Assembly: GCA_036149055.1 (NCBI GenBank)
Contig: JAYZQJ010000044.1
Coordinates: 1 to 46,149, forward strand
From: Myxococcota bacterium
Lineage (GTDB): Bacteria > Myxococcota_A > Polyangia > Polyangiales > Sandaracinaceae
DNA: 46,149 bases
Reading direction: 5' to 3'
The stretch's first letter is position 1; each line of letters opens with the position of its first letter. Below are positions 1 to 11,393 of the stretch, in pieces. Below the pieces are notes generated by a model, which worked only from the letters and a program-made list of their open reading frames with translations, was not told the DNA's origin and made no database searches. A program made the translations under genes and the position numbers.

Positions 1-375
1 TCGCGCTTCGCGCTCGCGCCGCGACCCCAGCGACGGGGCGCTGGGGGCCCTGCGGCTCGCGCTCGCGCTGCGCGCGAGCTGGCCGCCCGCTGCCGCGGGA
101 TCGAACACAGGTGGTGGTGCGTGCGGCGAGCTCGCTGCGCTCGTCGCCTGCCCTCGCGCTTCGCGCTCGCGCCGCGACCCCAGCGACGGGGCGCTGGGGG
201 CCCTGCGGCTCGCGCTCGCGCTGCGCGCGAGCTGGCCGCCCGCTGCCGCGGGATCGAACGGCTCGAGTGGCGCGTGCGGCGACCTCGCTGCGCTCGTCGC
301 CTGCCGTCGTCTCGGGTCAGTGTGGTGGAAGCGGGCGGGGGGGCCTCGGCGCCATCGTTTGCCACCTCTCGAGCT
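1..375. repeat. Structured interspersed repeat (REP/BIME-like): two tandem ~153-bp units plus a tail
   Basis: 1-153 and 154-306 are near-identical. There is an internal stem CCCCAGCG-ACGGGG-CGCTGGGG. The unit and tail recur as a reverse complement at ~45857-46075. Confidence 0.9.
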
Positions 376-440
376 TCGTGGCCGTCGCTTCTGGCGGGCG
401 AAATTGGTGGGGGCGGGAAAGCGGCTCATCCTGGATCGGC

Positions 441-3400
441 GTGACGCGCGTCGGTGGCCGCTATCGGATCGAGGCCCAGCTCGGAGAGGGCGGGATGGGG
501 GCCGTCTTCTGGGCGGTGGACGAGCGGGACGGGAGCGACGTGGCGCTCAAGCGCATGCTCCGGGATCGGCGCGCGGGGCGGCGGGCGCGCAAGGCGGAGC
601 TGCGGTTCCAGCGCGAGTTCCACACGCTCGCGTCGCTCGACCATCCGCGCGTCGTGCGCGCGTTCGACTACGGCGTCGACGAGGGCGGGCCGTACTACAC
701 GATGGAGCTGCTCGAGGGGGAGGACCTGCGGGACCGCATGGGCCGCGAGGGGCCGATGGCGCCGCGCGAGGTGTGCGCCGTGCTGCGCGACGTGGCGTCC
801 GGGCTCGCGGCGCTCCACGCGCGCGGGCTGGTGCACCGCGACCTCAGCCCCCGGAACGTGCGGCTGGTCGACGCGCGGGCGGTGCTCTTCGACTTCGGCG
901 TGCTGGTGGACGCGGGCTGGGTCGGCGACGTGGCCGGGACTCCGGCCTTCACCGCGCCCGAGATGCTGCGCGGGGTGCCGGTCGACGGGCGCGCCGATCT
1001 CTTCGCGCTGGGGGTGCTCGCCTACGGCATGCTCACCGGCAAGCGACCCTACGACGCGCGCTCGATGGTCGAGCTCGAGAAGGCGTGGAGCGTCCCGGTG
1101 GAGCCGCCGTCGGCCCTCGCGCCGGTGCCGGAGGCGCTCGAGGACCTGGTGCTCGATCTGCTCTGCCTCGAGCCGCTGGGCCGGCCGCCGAGCGCCGCCG
1201 TCTTGATCGACCGGCTCACCGCGCTCGGTGACCTCGAGCCGGACCCGGGGCTCGCGGTGCGGCCCGGCTACGTGGCCTCCGCCGCCTTCGTCGGGCGCGA
1301 GGCCGAGCTCGAGCGGCTCGAGGCGCTGCACGCCGACGTCGCGGCCGGCGAGCCGCGCGCGTTCTATGTCGAGGCCGAGAGCGGCGGCGGAAAGAGCCGC
1401 CTGCTCCAGGAGCTGGCCATCCGCGCCAAGCTGCAGGGCGCGCTCGTGCTGCGCGCCTCGTGCGAGGAGGCGGAGGGCGGGCCCCACGCGGTCGTCGGCG
1501 CGCTCGTCGAGGAGGCCTTTGCCAGCGCGCCCGAGGAGGCGGGGCGCGCGTCTCGTCCCGACGCGCCGCTGCTCGCGAGGGTGTTCGACGCGGTCCGCGA
1601 GGCGCACCCGGGCGTGGCCCTCGAGAGCGAGGTGGGCGAGCCGGCCGAGGACCGCATGCGCCTCCAGGCGGCGGTGCACGGGTTCTTCCGGCGGCTCGCG
1701 CAGGAGCGGGTGGTGGTCGCGCTGGTCGACGACGTGCAGCGCGCCGACGAGGCCTCGGCCGCGGCGCTCGCCGGCCTCGCGCGCTCCGGGCTGGTCGGTC
1801 TCCTGCTCGGGGTCGCGCGTCGCCTCGGCGAGTCGGTCCGCGCGCCGGCCGCGATCGCCTCGCTGGCGGAGCTCGAGCCGCGCGTCCGCCTCGGCGGCCT
1901 CGACCCGGACGGGATCGCCGCGCTGCTGCGCTCGCTCTTCGGCGACGCCGCGAACGTCTCGAGGCTCGCGCGGCGCATGCACGAGGCGACCGGCGGCAGC
2001 CCGCTCTTCTGCACCGAGCTGGCCCGGCAGCTCATCGAGACCGACGTGGTCCGCTACCGGGACGGCAGCTGGATCGTGCCCGAGGACGTCTCGCTCGAGG
2101 GGCGCGCCGACGGGCTCCAGGGCGCGATGCGGGAGCGGGCCCGGGCGCTCGCGGGCGGGGCGCGCGCGGTCGGCGAGGTGCTCGCGCTCCACGGCGGCGA
2201 GCTGTCCCTCGAGGTGGCGCTCGCGCTCGCCGCGGGGCAGGGCTGCGAGGGCGACGCCGGCTTCGGCGCCATCGCCGATCTCCAGCAGCAAGGGTTCTTG
2301 ATGGACTCGGGCGAGGCCCTGCGCTTCCGCCACGACTCGATGCGCGAGGCGCTGCTCGCCGGCCTCGACGACGAGCGACGGCGCGCGCTCCACCGCGTGG
2401 TCGCGGAGGCGATGCTGGCCGAGGGCGCGCGCGGGGACCCGCTGCGGGAGGCGCGGGCGGGGTGGCACGCCCTGCGGGGCGGCGACGAGGCGCGCGGCGC
2501 GGGCATGCTCGAGCGCGCCGGCCGTCGCCTCTACGAGGCTCAGGCCCTCGCCGACTGCCTCGCCCCGCTCGAGGCGGCGCTCGAGGCGCGTCGCCGCCAG
2601 GCCGCGCCCGACGCGGTGATCGCGGAGCTCTCCTACATGCTGCTCGCCGCCGGCTGGGTGTCGGGGCGTGAGGTCGGCGAGCGTCACGCCGAGCCCGCGC
2701 TCGACCTGTACGCGGGGCTGGGCGGCCTGCGGCACGCGGAGCGATGGCGGCGGCTCCTGGGCTGGCGCCTCGCCTTCGTGGCGGGGCTCGCCTGGGCGTG
2801 GGCGCGATGGCTCTGTCGCCTCGGCGAGGCGCGCGGCCCGACGCCGCTCCGGGCGCTCAGCTTCTTCGCGGTCGGCCTCTCCTACGCCACCGCGCTCGCC
2901 TACTCGGCCAACCGCAAGGCCGACGTCGACGCGCTCGTCGCGCGAGCCGATCCGTTCCAGGCGCTGAAGGGGCAGCCGCCCTACGCGGCGTATCTCAGCG
3001 TGCACGCGATGCGCGACATCCTCCACGGTCGGCTCGGCGCGGCGGCGGCGCACCTGACCGAGGCGCGGGCCCTGGCGACCCGGGAGCGCCTGAACCCGCT
3101 GAGCCCGGACGCGCGACGGCTGGCCGACGCGGGCTGCCGCTCGATGCGGGCGCTGGTCGACGTGAACCAGTTCGACGCGCGGCTCGTGGACGACCTCGAG
3201 GCGATGAGCGAGTCGGGGCTCGCCTTCTACGCGCACGCCGCCCAGACGGCGCGCATCGTGCGGCATCGGTATCGGGGCGAGGAGAAGAAAGCGCGGGCGC
3301 TGGAGGAGGAGACCGAGGCGACCAGCCTCGCGCTCGGCTCCTGGTCGACCGATCTCCAGCGGCTGCTCTTCGCGCACCCCGCGTACGCCTTCACTCACGA

Positions 3401-4199
3401 CGTCGAGGGGCTCAAGCGCTGCCTCGACGCGCTCGAGCGGCGGGTGGGCGAGGGGATGGAGCTGTCGGTGCGGGTGACGCTCACCCGGGTCGAGATCGCG
3501 CGGGAGCGCGGCGACTACGCGGGCGCGCTGGCCCTCGTGACGCCGCTGCTCGAGTCGCTCGACGAGGGCGACCACCTCTTCCGGCAGTACGCCGCGTCCG
3601 CCGCCGCTCAGACCGCCCTCGAGGCCTACGGCTACGAGCTCGCGCTCCGCTACGCGCGCCTCGGCCTCGACGGAGGGCGCGACCCGCAGACCCGCGTGCT
3701 GCTGCCCTGGCTCCGGTGCCAGCGGGTCCACGCCCTCGCCGACGACGCGCTCGGGCGCACCGACGCCGCCATCGAGCGCCTCGAGGAGGCGATCGCGATC
3801 GCCGAGGAGCGCGGCGTCGTCGTACACGCCGGGGAGCTCCACGAGGCGCGGGCGCGGATCGCGTTCGCGGCCGGCGACCGGCTGCTCTTCGAGCTCCACC
3901 GCGTCAAGGCGAGCGACTGGCTCCGGCCGACCGAGAACCCCGGGCTCATCGCGGTGGTCGAGCGCCTGCTCGAGATGGATCGCGAGGCCGAGGTCCGCCC
4001 GGTCGATCCGCGCCGTCGCCGCCCGGGCGCGAGCTCCACCGAGAGCAGCTACGACCGCTCGAGCGCTCCGTCCAGCTCGGGGGAGCACGACGCGACGGTC
4101 GTCGAGGGCGCCGCGACCCGCGCGCGCACCCAGTCCGTCGGCACCGCTGACGAGGACGCGACGGTCGTCGAGTCCCCTCGCGGCTCCCGCCGGGAGTGA
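441..4199 (+). CDS. Ser/Thr protein kinase fused to an AAA/STAND-type ATPase and a helical (TPR-like) C-terminal region
   Basis: Kinase motifs LGEGGMGAV, VALK, HRDLSPRN, DFG and APE. ATPase motifs FVGREAEL, Walker A ESGGGKS and Walker B LVDD. Start moved to GTG 441 because 111-440 is mostly the repeat element. Confidence 0.9.
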   Translation: MTRVGGRYRIEAQLGEGGMGAVFWAVDERDGSDVALKRMLRDRRAGRRARKAELRFQREFHTLASLDHPRVVRAFDYGVDEGGPYYTMELLEGEDLRDRMGREGPMAPREVCAVLRDVASGLAALHARGLVHRDLSPRNVRLVDARAVLFDFGVLVDAGWVGDVAGTPAFTAPEMLRGVPVDGRADLFALGVLAYGMLTGKRPYDARSMVELEKAWSVPVEPPSALAPVPEALEDLVLDLLCLEPLGRPPSAAVLIDRLTALGDLEPDPGLAVRPGYVASAAFVGREAELERLEALHADVAAGEPRAFYVEAESGGGKSRLLQELAIRAKLQGALVLRASCEEAEGGPHAVVGALVEEAFASAPEEAGRASRPDAPLLARVFDAVREAHPGVALESEVGEPAEDRMRLQAAVHGFFRRLAQERVVVALVDDVQRADEASAAALAGLARSGLVGLLLGVARRLGESVRAPAAIASLAELEPRVRLGGLDPDGIAALLRSLFGDAANVSRLARRMHEATGGSPLFCTELARQLIETDVVRYRDGSWIVPEDVSLEGRADGLQGAMRERARALAGGARAVGEVLALHGGELSLEVALALAAGQGCEGDAGFGAIADLQQQGFLMDSGEALRFRHDSMREALLAGLDDERRRALHRVVAEAMLAEGARGDPLREARAGWHALRGGDEARGAGMLERAGRRLYEAQALADCLAPLEAALEARRRQAAPDAVIAELSYMLLAAGWVSGREVGERHAEPALDLYAGLGGLRHAERWRRLLGWRLAFVAGLAWAWARWLCRLGEARGPTPLRALSFFAVGLSYATALAYSANRKADVDALVARADPFQALKGQPPYAAYLSVHAMRDILHGRLGAAAAHLTEARALATRERLNPLSPDARRLADAGCRSMRALVDVNQFDARLVDDLEAMSESGLAFYAHAAQTARIVRHRYRGEEKKARALEEETEATSLALGSWSTDLQRLLFAHPAYAFTHDVEGLKRCLDALERRVGEGMELSVRVTLTRVEIARERGDYAGALALVTPLLESLDEGDHLFRQYAASAAAQTALEAYGYELALRYARLGLDGGRDPQTRVLLPWLRCQRVHALADDALGRTDAAIERLEEAIAIAEERGVVVHAGELHEARARIAFAAGDRLLFELHRVKASDWLRPTENPGLIAVVERLLEMDREAEVRPVDPRRRRPGASSTESSYDRSSAPSSSGEHDATVVEGAATRARTQSVGTADEDATVVESPRGSRRE

Positions 4200-4281
4200 T
4201 CGGCGGGAAAGGACCTCGCGACCTCCTCCCCTCTGGCGTGGGCGAAGAGAAGTCTGATATCGGTGTGCCCGGGAGGAAGAC

Positions 4282-4782
4282 GTGATGATGAACCGATGGA
4301 TCGGGTGCGCCCTGGCGCTGGGTGGAGTGTTCGCGATGGCGTGCGGTGGCTCGGAGAGCCCGCCGCCTCAGCAGCCGGCGCCCCAGCCGGTGGTGCAGCA
4401 GGCGCCGCCGTGCGCCGAGCAGTGGGTGCACATGCCGATGCTGATCACCTTCCCGACCAGCGGCACGGAGATCGACTCGCAGAACCGCGAGATCCTCCGC
4501 GAGATGGTGCGCAGCGCCCAGGCGCGGACCGACATCCGCCGGGTGCGCGTCGAGGGTCACACCGACACCTGCGGCAACGAGCTGAACAACATGGTGCTCT
4601 CGCAGAACCGCGCCGTCGCGGTCGCCAACGAGCTCGTCATGATGGGCGTGCCGCGCGAGATGCTCGAGACGATGGGCCACGGCTCGACCCAGCCCCGCGC
4701 CAACGAGTCGTGCGGCCAGCATCAGACGCTGAGCGAGCAGTCGAACCGCCGAGTCGAGTTCACCTTGCTCGTTTGTCGTTGA
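4282..4782 (+). CDS. OmpA-family peptidoglycan-binding lipoprotein
   Basis: Lipobox-like AMAC; OmpA C-domain motifs VEGHTD, N..LSQNRA..V and NRRVEF; GGAGG RBS upstream. Confidence 0.9.
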   Translation: MMMNRWIGCALALGGVFAMACGGSESPPPQQPAPQPVVQQAPPCAEQWVHMPMLITFPTSGTEIDSQNREILREMVRSAQARTDIRRVRVEGHTDTCGNELNNMVLSQNRAVAVANELVMMGVPREMLETMGHGSTQPRANESCGQHQTLSEQSNRRVEFTLLVCR

Positions 4783-4814
4783 CCCGAACTCGCCCGAAGG
4801 GCGTCCCACAACCC

Positions 4815-5073
4815 CCCGTGCCCGTGCCCCTGCCCGTGCCCGTGCCCGCGTGAAACTTCGGGCATCCAACGAGGGGCGCGCAGTTGCCCGTCTGCTTCGC
4901 TGTGCCCGGAGACATTGCGGCTCGGGGACACTGCGGCTTGGGGACACTGCGGCTTGGGGACACTGCGGCTCGGGGACACTGCGGCTCGGGGACACTGCGG
5001 CTTCAGGACATCGCGGCGATCTCGAGATCGCGGCGCTTCCGGGCACGGGCACGGGCACGGGCAGGGGCACGGG
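4815..5073. repeat. Inverted (CCCGTG)n / (CACGGG)n arms enclosing a 16-bp tandem array
   Basis: Arms at 4815-4848 and 5040-5073 share the same variant unit (CCCCTG/CAGGGG). Seven copies of ~GGGGACACTGCGGCTY lie at 4908-5019, with the first and last degenerate. Confidence 0.9.
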
Positions 5074-5098
5074 AGCCGCGCGCCTGCGGCGCGCGGCT
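5074..5098. terminator. Hairpin between convergent genes (possible terminator)
   Basis: AGCCGCGCGCC-TGC-GGCGCGCGGCT forms a perfect 11-bp stem; no U-tract. Confidence 0.45.
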
Positions 5099-6065
5099 AG
5101 AGCCCGAGACCCCAGGTCACGAGCGCGGCGGCGCCGGACGCCACGAGCGGGATGCTCAGGTTGTCGTCCACGCGGAGGCTGAGCAGCTCCGCGAGGGCGC
5201 CGGCCGCGCCGGCGGCGCAGGCGATGGCGAGGGCCGCGCCGAGCGCGATGCCGGGGGCGAAGAGGAAGGCCGCGCCGACGCCGAAGAGCGAGGCGGCGGC
5301 GAAGAACGCGAGCGTGCCCTCGAGGGTGCGGCCGTGCACGAGCGGGATCCGGCCCCAGCGGCGACCCACGAACGCGGCGATCGGATCGCCGACGCCGAGC
5401 ACCGCGAGGCCCACCGCGCAGGGGAGGGGGGCCTGGGTCAGCGAGAGCGAGAAGATCGCGGTCAGGTACCAGGTGGCCGAGTTCACCCGGCGCCACTCGT
5501 GCGGGTGGGCGATCGGCGCGAACGCGCGCATCAGGACCGCGTTCCAGCGCTCGCTCCAGCGGCGGCCGATCTCCATCGTCCACGCCCAGAGCACCAGCGG
5601 GCCGGAGATCGCGATCGCCCAGGCGGGGTCCGGGACCGCGTAGAGGATCCCCATGCACACCGCGGCGTTCAGCACGTGGAAGAGGCTGCGGCGGTGGTTG
5701 GTCGGCCGGAGGCTGGGGACGTGGATCTCGAGCTGATGGAGGGTCGCCTGGAGCGCCTCGTAGCTCGGGGTCATCGACTTGCGGAAGGCCATCCAGCGGG
5801 CGCGCGCGTTGGCGGCGGTGATGTCCTCGCGCGGCAGGCGCTCGGCGAGCGCGGCGCCGACCTCGGCGAGCTTCACGCGGAGCGCGGCGCTCTTCTCGGG
5901 CCAGGACTGCGACGTCAGGTGCGCGACCTTCGCTTCGATGGCGCGCAGCTTCAGCCGCGCGGCGTCCGCGGCGCCCGCGTGCCAGCGCGCGGGATCGATC
6001 TCGGAGAGGGCACGGTGGAGCTCGAGGACGAGCCGACCGCTCTCGTCTGCCAGCGCTTGCTGCAC
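5097..6065 (-). CDS. Diacylglycerol/polyprenol (phytol/dolichol) kinase family membrane protein with an N-terminal helical extension
   Basis: RRSLFH, GDPIAAFVGRRWG, GRTLEG and DDNL motifs; multiple TM segments. Confidence 0.85.
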   Translation of the reverse strand: MQQALADESGRLVLELHRALSEIDPARWHAGAADAARLKLRAIEAKVAHLTSQSWPEKSAALRVKLAEVGAALAERLPREDITAANARARWMAFRKSMTPSYEALQATLHQLEIHVPSLRPTNHRRSLFHVLNAAVCMGILYAVPDPAWAIAISGPLVLWAWTMEIGRRWSERWNAVLMRAFAPIAHPHEWRRVNSATWYLTAIFSLSLTQAPLPCAVGLAVLGVGDPIAAFVGRRWGRIPLVHGRTLEGTLAFFAAASLFGVGAAFLFAPGIALGAALAIACAAGAAGALAELLSLRVDDNLSIPLVASGAAALVTWGLGL

Positions 6066-6141
6066 CGGCCGAGTATGCGGGGCGCGTCCTCACCGAGCCA
6101 GTCGAAGATGACCCTCCGCGCCTGAACCGTGATCACCGAGC

Positions 6142-6585
6142 TCAGACGGCCAAGGGGCCGTGGATGTAGTGCGTGAGATCCTGCACCTCGCGCTCGAGGT
6201 CCTCGCCCAGCGCCTTGGTCAGGTCGCCGATCGAGACCAGCCCGACGAGCCGACCGTCGTCGACCACCGGGAGGTGACGCTTCCGCTGCTCGGTCATCAG
6301 CCGCAGCGCCGAGCGGATCGACAGGTGCGGATGAATGGTCGTGAGCGAGCTGCTCATCAGCTCGCCGACCCGCACGGTGGCCGGGTCGATCCGGCGGACC
6401 ACCAGCCGAACGAGCACGTCGCGCTCGGTCAGGATGCCCACCGGCTGGTCGTTCCTCATCACGAGGAGCGAGCCGATCCTCTTCTCGTTCATGCTGCGCA
6501 CGGCCGCCAAGACGGTCGCGTCGGGCGAGATCGTCGCCACCTCACGTCCCTTGGCCCGCAGCACTTCGTCTACGTGGCGTTCCAT
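6142..6585 (-). CDS. CBS-domain protein (tandem CBS pair)
   Basis: IGSLLV, GILTERD, RHLPVV and GLVSIGDL motifs; GAGGGGG RBS before ATG 6585. Confidence 0.9.
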   Translation of the reverse strand: MERHVDEVLRAKGREVATISPDATVLAAVRSMNEKRIGSLLVMRNDQPVGILTERDVLVRLVVRRIDPATVRVGELMSSSLTTIHPHLSIRSALRLMTEQRKRHLPVVDDGRLVGLVSIGDLTKALGEDLEREVQDLTHYIHGPLAV

Positions 6586-6842
6586 CGAGCCCCCTCGGGA
6601 CGAATTCGTGACGTCCCTCACAGCTAAAGTGTCCGCGTCGCGGGCCCCTCACAAGTCCGCGCCCGATGGACCCCGGCGCGTGAGCCAGCCCCGAGGACCC
6701 CCGCGCGGCGATGGAGCAGGGCGGATACATCCATCACGTCCGCGGCTTGCCCGGGGCGCCTCGGTGATCTACCCCGGGGGACTCCCACGACCGCGGGAAT
6801 GCGCATCGGGCTTCCATCGGTCCGACGCCCGGCAAGGTCTCC

Positions 6843-7733
6843 ATGGGCTCATTCAAGCGATTTCGCGACGCCGCCATCTGCGTCGCCTTGTTGGCGATTC
6901 CGTTCTTCTTCCTGAACGCCAACCTGAAGGACCCGGAGCACACGAACGCCCTGGACCGGACGGTGCTGACCATCAGCGCCCCCATCCAGATGGTCGCGAC
7001 CACCACCGCGCGCTGGTTCTCCGGGGTGTGGCAGGACTACATCTACCTGGTCGACGTCAAAGAGGAGAACGACCGGGTCCGGGCCGAGAACGCGCGGCTC
7101 ACCGAGGAGAACCGGCGGCTGCGCTACGAGGCGCTCGAGAACCGCCGGCTCCGCTCGCTCCTGCAGCTCCGGGAGCGCATCGGCGGCGAGCTGATCGGCG
7201 CCCAGGTCATCGGCCGCGACGTCTCCCGCTTCTTCCGGGTGACCCGGATCCGGCTCGACCGCGGCGAGCGCGACCGGGTGCGCGCCGGCATGCCGGTCAT
7301 CACCTCCGAGGGGCTGGTCGGGCAGGTCCGCCGCTCCTGGGGCCGCTACAGCGACGTGCTGCTCACCGTGGACCGCACGAGCGCCATCGACGTCGTGGTC
7401 CAGCGCACCGGCGCCCGCGGCATGCTGCGGGGCACCGGCGAAGACGACCGTTACCTCGCCCAGATCCAGTACCTCCGCCGCGAGGACGACATCCGGGTGG
7501 GCGACCTCGTGCACACGAGCGGCCTCGGCCAGCGCTTCCCGGCCTCGATCCTGGTCGGCCGCGTGACCCGCATCGTGCGCCGCGAGTTCGGCCTCTATCA
7601 GGAGGCCGAGGTCACGCCGGCGGTGAACTTCTCCAGCCTCGACGAGGTGCTGATCCTCACGGAGGGCTCGCGCGAGCGGAGCCTCGTCGAGCGGACCGGC
7701 GGTGACGTCGACGCCCCGGCGGAGGAGCTCTGA
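6843..7733 (+). CDS. mreC: Rod shape-determining protein MreC
   Basis: N-terminal TM, coiled coil with ENRRLRSLL, GLVGQV, TSGLG..FP motifs; operon context. Confidence 0.93.
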   Translation: MGSFKRFRDAAICVALLAIPFFFLNANLKDPEHTNALDRTVLTISAPIQMVATTTARWFSGVWQDYIYLVDVKEENDRVRAENARLTEENRRLRYEALENRRLRSLLQLRERIGGELIGAQVIGRDVSRFFRVTRIRLDRGERDRVRAGMPVITSEGLVGQVRRSWGRYSDVLLTVDRTSAIDVVVQRTGARGMLRGTGEDDRYLAQIQYLRREDDIRVGDLVHTSGLGQRFPASILVGRVTRIVRREFGLYQEAEVTPAVNFSSLDEVLILTEGSRERSLVERTGGDVDAPAEEL

Positions 7734-7736
7734 GGC

Positions 7737-8260
7737 GTGCGTAACCTCGCGTTCGTGCTGCTCGGATTCCTGCTGCTCGTGCAGCAGGCCGCGGTCGGCG
7801 TCATGGTGCCGCTCGACGAGTGGGCCCCGAACCTGCTCCTCCCGATCGTCATCTACCTCGGCGTCGCCCACGACGTGCACATCGTCCGGGGCGTCTCCCT
7901 CGCCTTCGTGCTCGGTTACCTGCTCGACTCCTTCTGCGGCAGCCCGATGGGCCTCCAGACCTTCGTCATGGTCGCGACCTTCCTCGTGGCTCGCGGCGCC
8001 GGCCTGAACCTGTTCATGCGCGGCCCGCTCTTCCAGATCGCGCTGACCTTCGTGTTCGGCGTGCTCGCGGGCGGCTCCATCCTCGCGCTCCGCGCCATCT
8101 TCGAGCCGCCGGCCCCGTTCCCGACCGGCAGCGTGACCGACACCGTGGTGGCCCTCACCGCCGGCGCGGCGATCACCGCGCTCCTGTCGCCCGCCATCTT
8201 CCTCGTCGTCCGGCGCCTCGACGCGCTGGTGACCCGCCGCCGCGAGGAGGCGGCCGCGAC

Positions 8261-8264
<4 letters not shown>
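7737..8264 (+). CDS. mreD: Rod shape-determining protein MreD
   Basis: Hydrophobic 175-aa protein with PNLLL and GYLLD motifs, located between mreC and mrdA. Confidence 0.85.
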
Positions 8265-10198
<1,934 letters not shown>

Positions 10199-10200
10199 CG

Positions 10201-11307
10201 ATGGAGACCATCGGCAAGGGCCTGAGGGACAACTTCGACTGGCCGCTCTTCGTGACGGTGGCCGCGGTCTGCGTGATCGGGGTCACCAACCTCTACTCGG
10301 CGACCAGCGCGGCCACGTCCGCCCTCAGCGAGCTCTACATCCAGCAGATCTACTGGCTGACCCTCGGCGCGGGCGTCGCGGTGCTCATCGTCGCCATCGA
10401 CTACCGCCACTTCGAGCGCTTCGGCTGGGCGGCTTACGGCGCGGGCATCGTGTTGCTCCTGCTGGTCTTCCTGCTCGCGCCCGAGATCCGTGGATCCCAG
10501 CGCTGGATCCGGATCGGCAGCTTCTCGCTCCAGCCGAGCGAGCTGATGAAGATCGTGCTGATCGTCGCGCTCGCGAAGTACCTGCACAACGACCCGAAGA
10601 CCGAGGGCCGGACCCTCAAGGATCTCGTGATCCCGGGGCTCATCCTCGCCGTGCCGATGACCCTGATCCTGCTCCAGCCGGATCTCGGGACCGCGCTGAT
10701 CCTCGCGTTCATCTTCGGCTCGATCATGCTGCTGACGAACCTGAAGCTGCGCTCGCTCTTCACGCTCGCGGCGGCCTTCGTGCTCAGCGCGCCGCTCACC
10801 TGGACCTACCTGCTCAAGCCCTATCAGCGCGAGCGGCTGACCAGCTTCATGGACCGCGAGGCCGACATCCTCGACGCGGGCTGGCACGCCCACCAGTCCA
10901 TCGTGGCCATCGGCAGCGGCGGCTTCTGGGGCAAGGGCTTCATGCAGGGCACCCAGAACCAGCACCGCTTCCTGCCCGATCAGCACACCGACTTCCCGTT
11001 CCCCGTCTGGGCCGAGGAGCAGGGCTTCCTCGGGGTCGGGCTGCTCTTCTTCCTCTACGTGTTCCTGATCCTGTGGGGCCTGAAGGTCGCCTCGCAGGCG
11101 AAGGATCGCTTCGGCGCGGTGGTCGCGGTCGGTGTCAGCGCCTTTTTCTTCTGGCACACGATCATCAACCTCGCGATGGTCAGCGGCATGGCCCCGGTCG
11201 TCGGCGTCACGCTTCCGCTCTTCAGCTACGGCGGGTCGAGCGTCCTGACCTCGATGATGGGCATCGGTCTGCTGATGAACGTGTCCATCCGACGCTTCAG
11301 CTTTTAG
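10201..11307 (+). CDS. rodA: Rod shape-determining protein RodA (SEDS)
   Basis: QPSELMK, QPDLGT, IGSGG..GKG, HTDF..P..AEE and LPLFSYGGSS motifs. Confidence 0.95.
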   Translation: METIGKGLRDNFDWPLFVTVAAVCVIGVTNLYSATSAATSALSELYIQQIYWLTLGAGVAVLIVAIDYRHFERFGWAAYGAGIVLLLLVFLLAPEIRGSQRWIRIGSFSLQPSELMKIVLIVALAKYLHNDPKTEGRTLKDLVIPGLILAVPMTLILLQPDLGTALILAFIFGSIMLLTNLKLRSLFTLAAAFVLSAPLTWTYLLKPYQRERLTSFMDREADILDAGWHAHQSIVAIGSGGFWGKGFMQGTQNQHRFLPDQHTDFPFPVWAEEQGFLGVGLLFFLYVFLILWGLKVASQAKDRFGAVVAVGVSAFFFWHTIINLAMVSGMAPVVGVTLPLFSYGGSSVLTSMMGIGLLMNVSIRRFSF

Positions 11308-11393
11308 CGGCCACGATTCCGGACACGGAATGTCCCATGCCGGGGAGAGGCAAATCCCCGCGCGGGGTGTAATCTCCGCTGCGCGGAGGGTAC

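Noticed and set aside
111..440. 110-aa N-terminal extension of the first kinase, and ORF 45819-46142
   Set aside because: Both are read-throughs of the same non-coding repeat and give the same peptide at both window ends. Kinase similarity begins at ~441.
4908..5019. 16-bp repeat array as a CRISPR array
   Set aside because: The units are directly adjacent with no unique spacers, are too short, and there are no cas genes in the window.
6625..6842. Possible structured RNA or riboswitch upstream of mreC (CCGATGGA 6663-6670 with TCCATCGG 6813-6820)
   Set aside because: Only short complementarities are present, plausible by chance at this GC content, and I recognise no RNA family motif.
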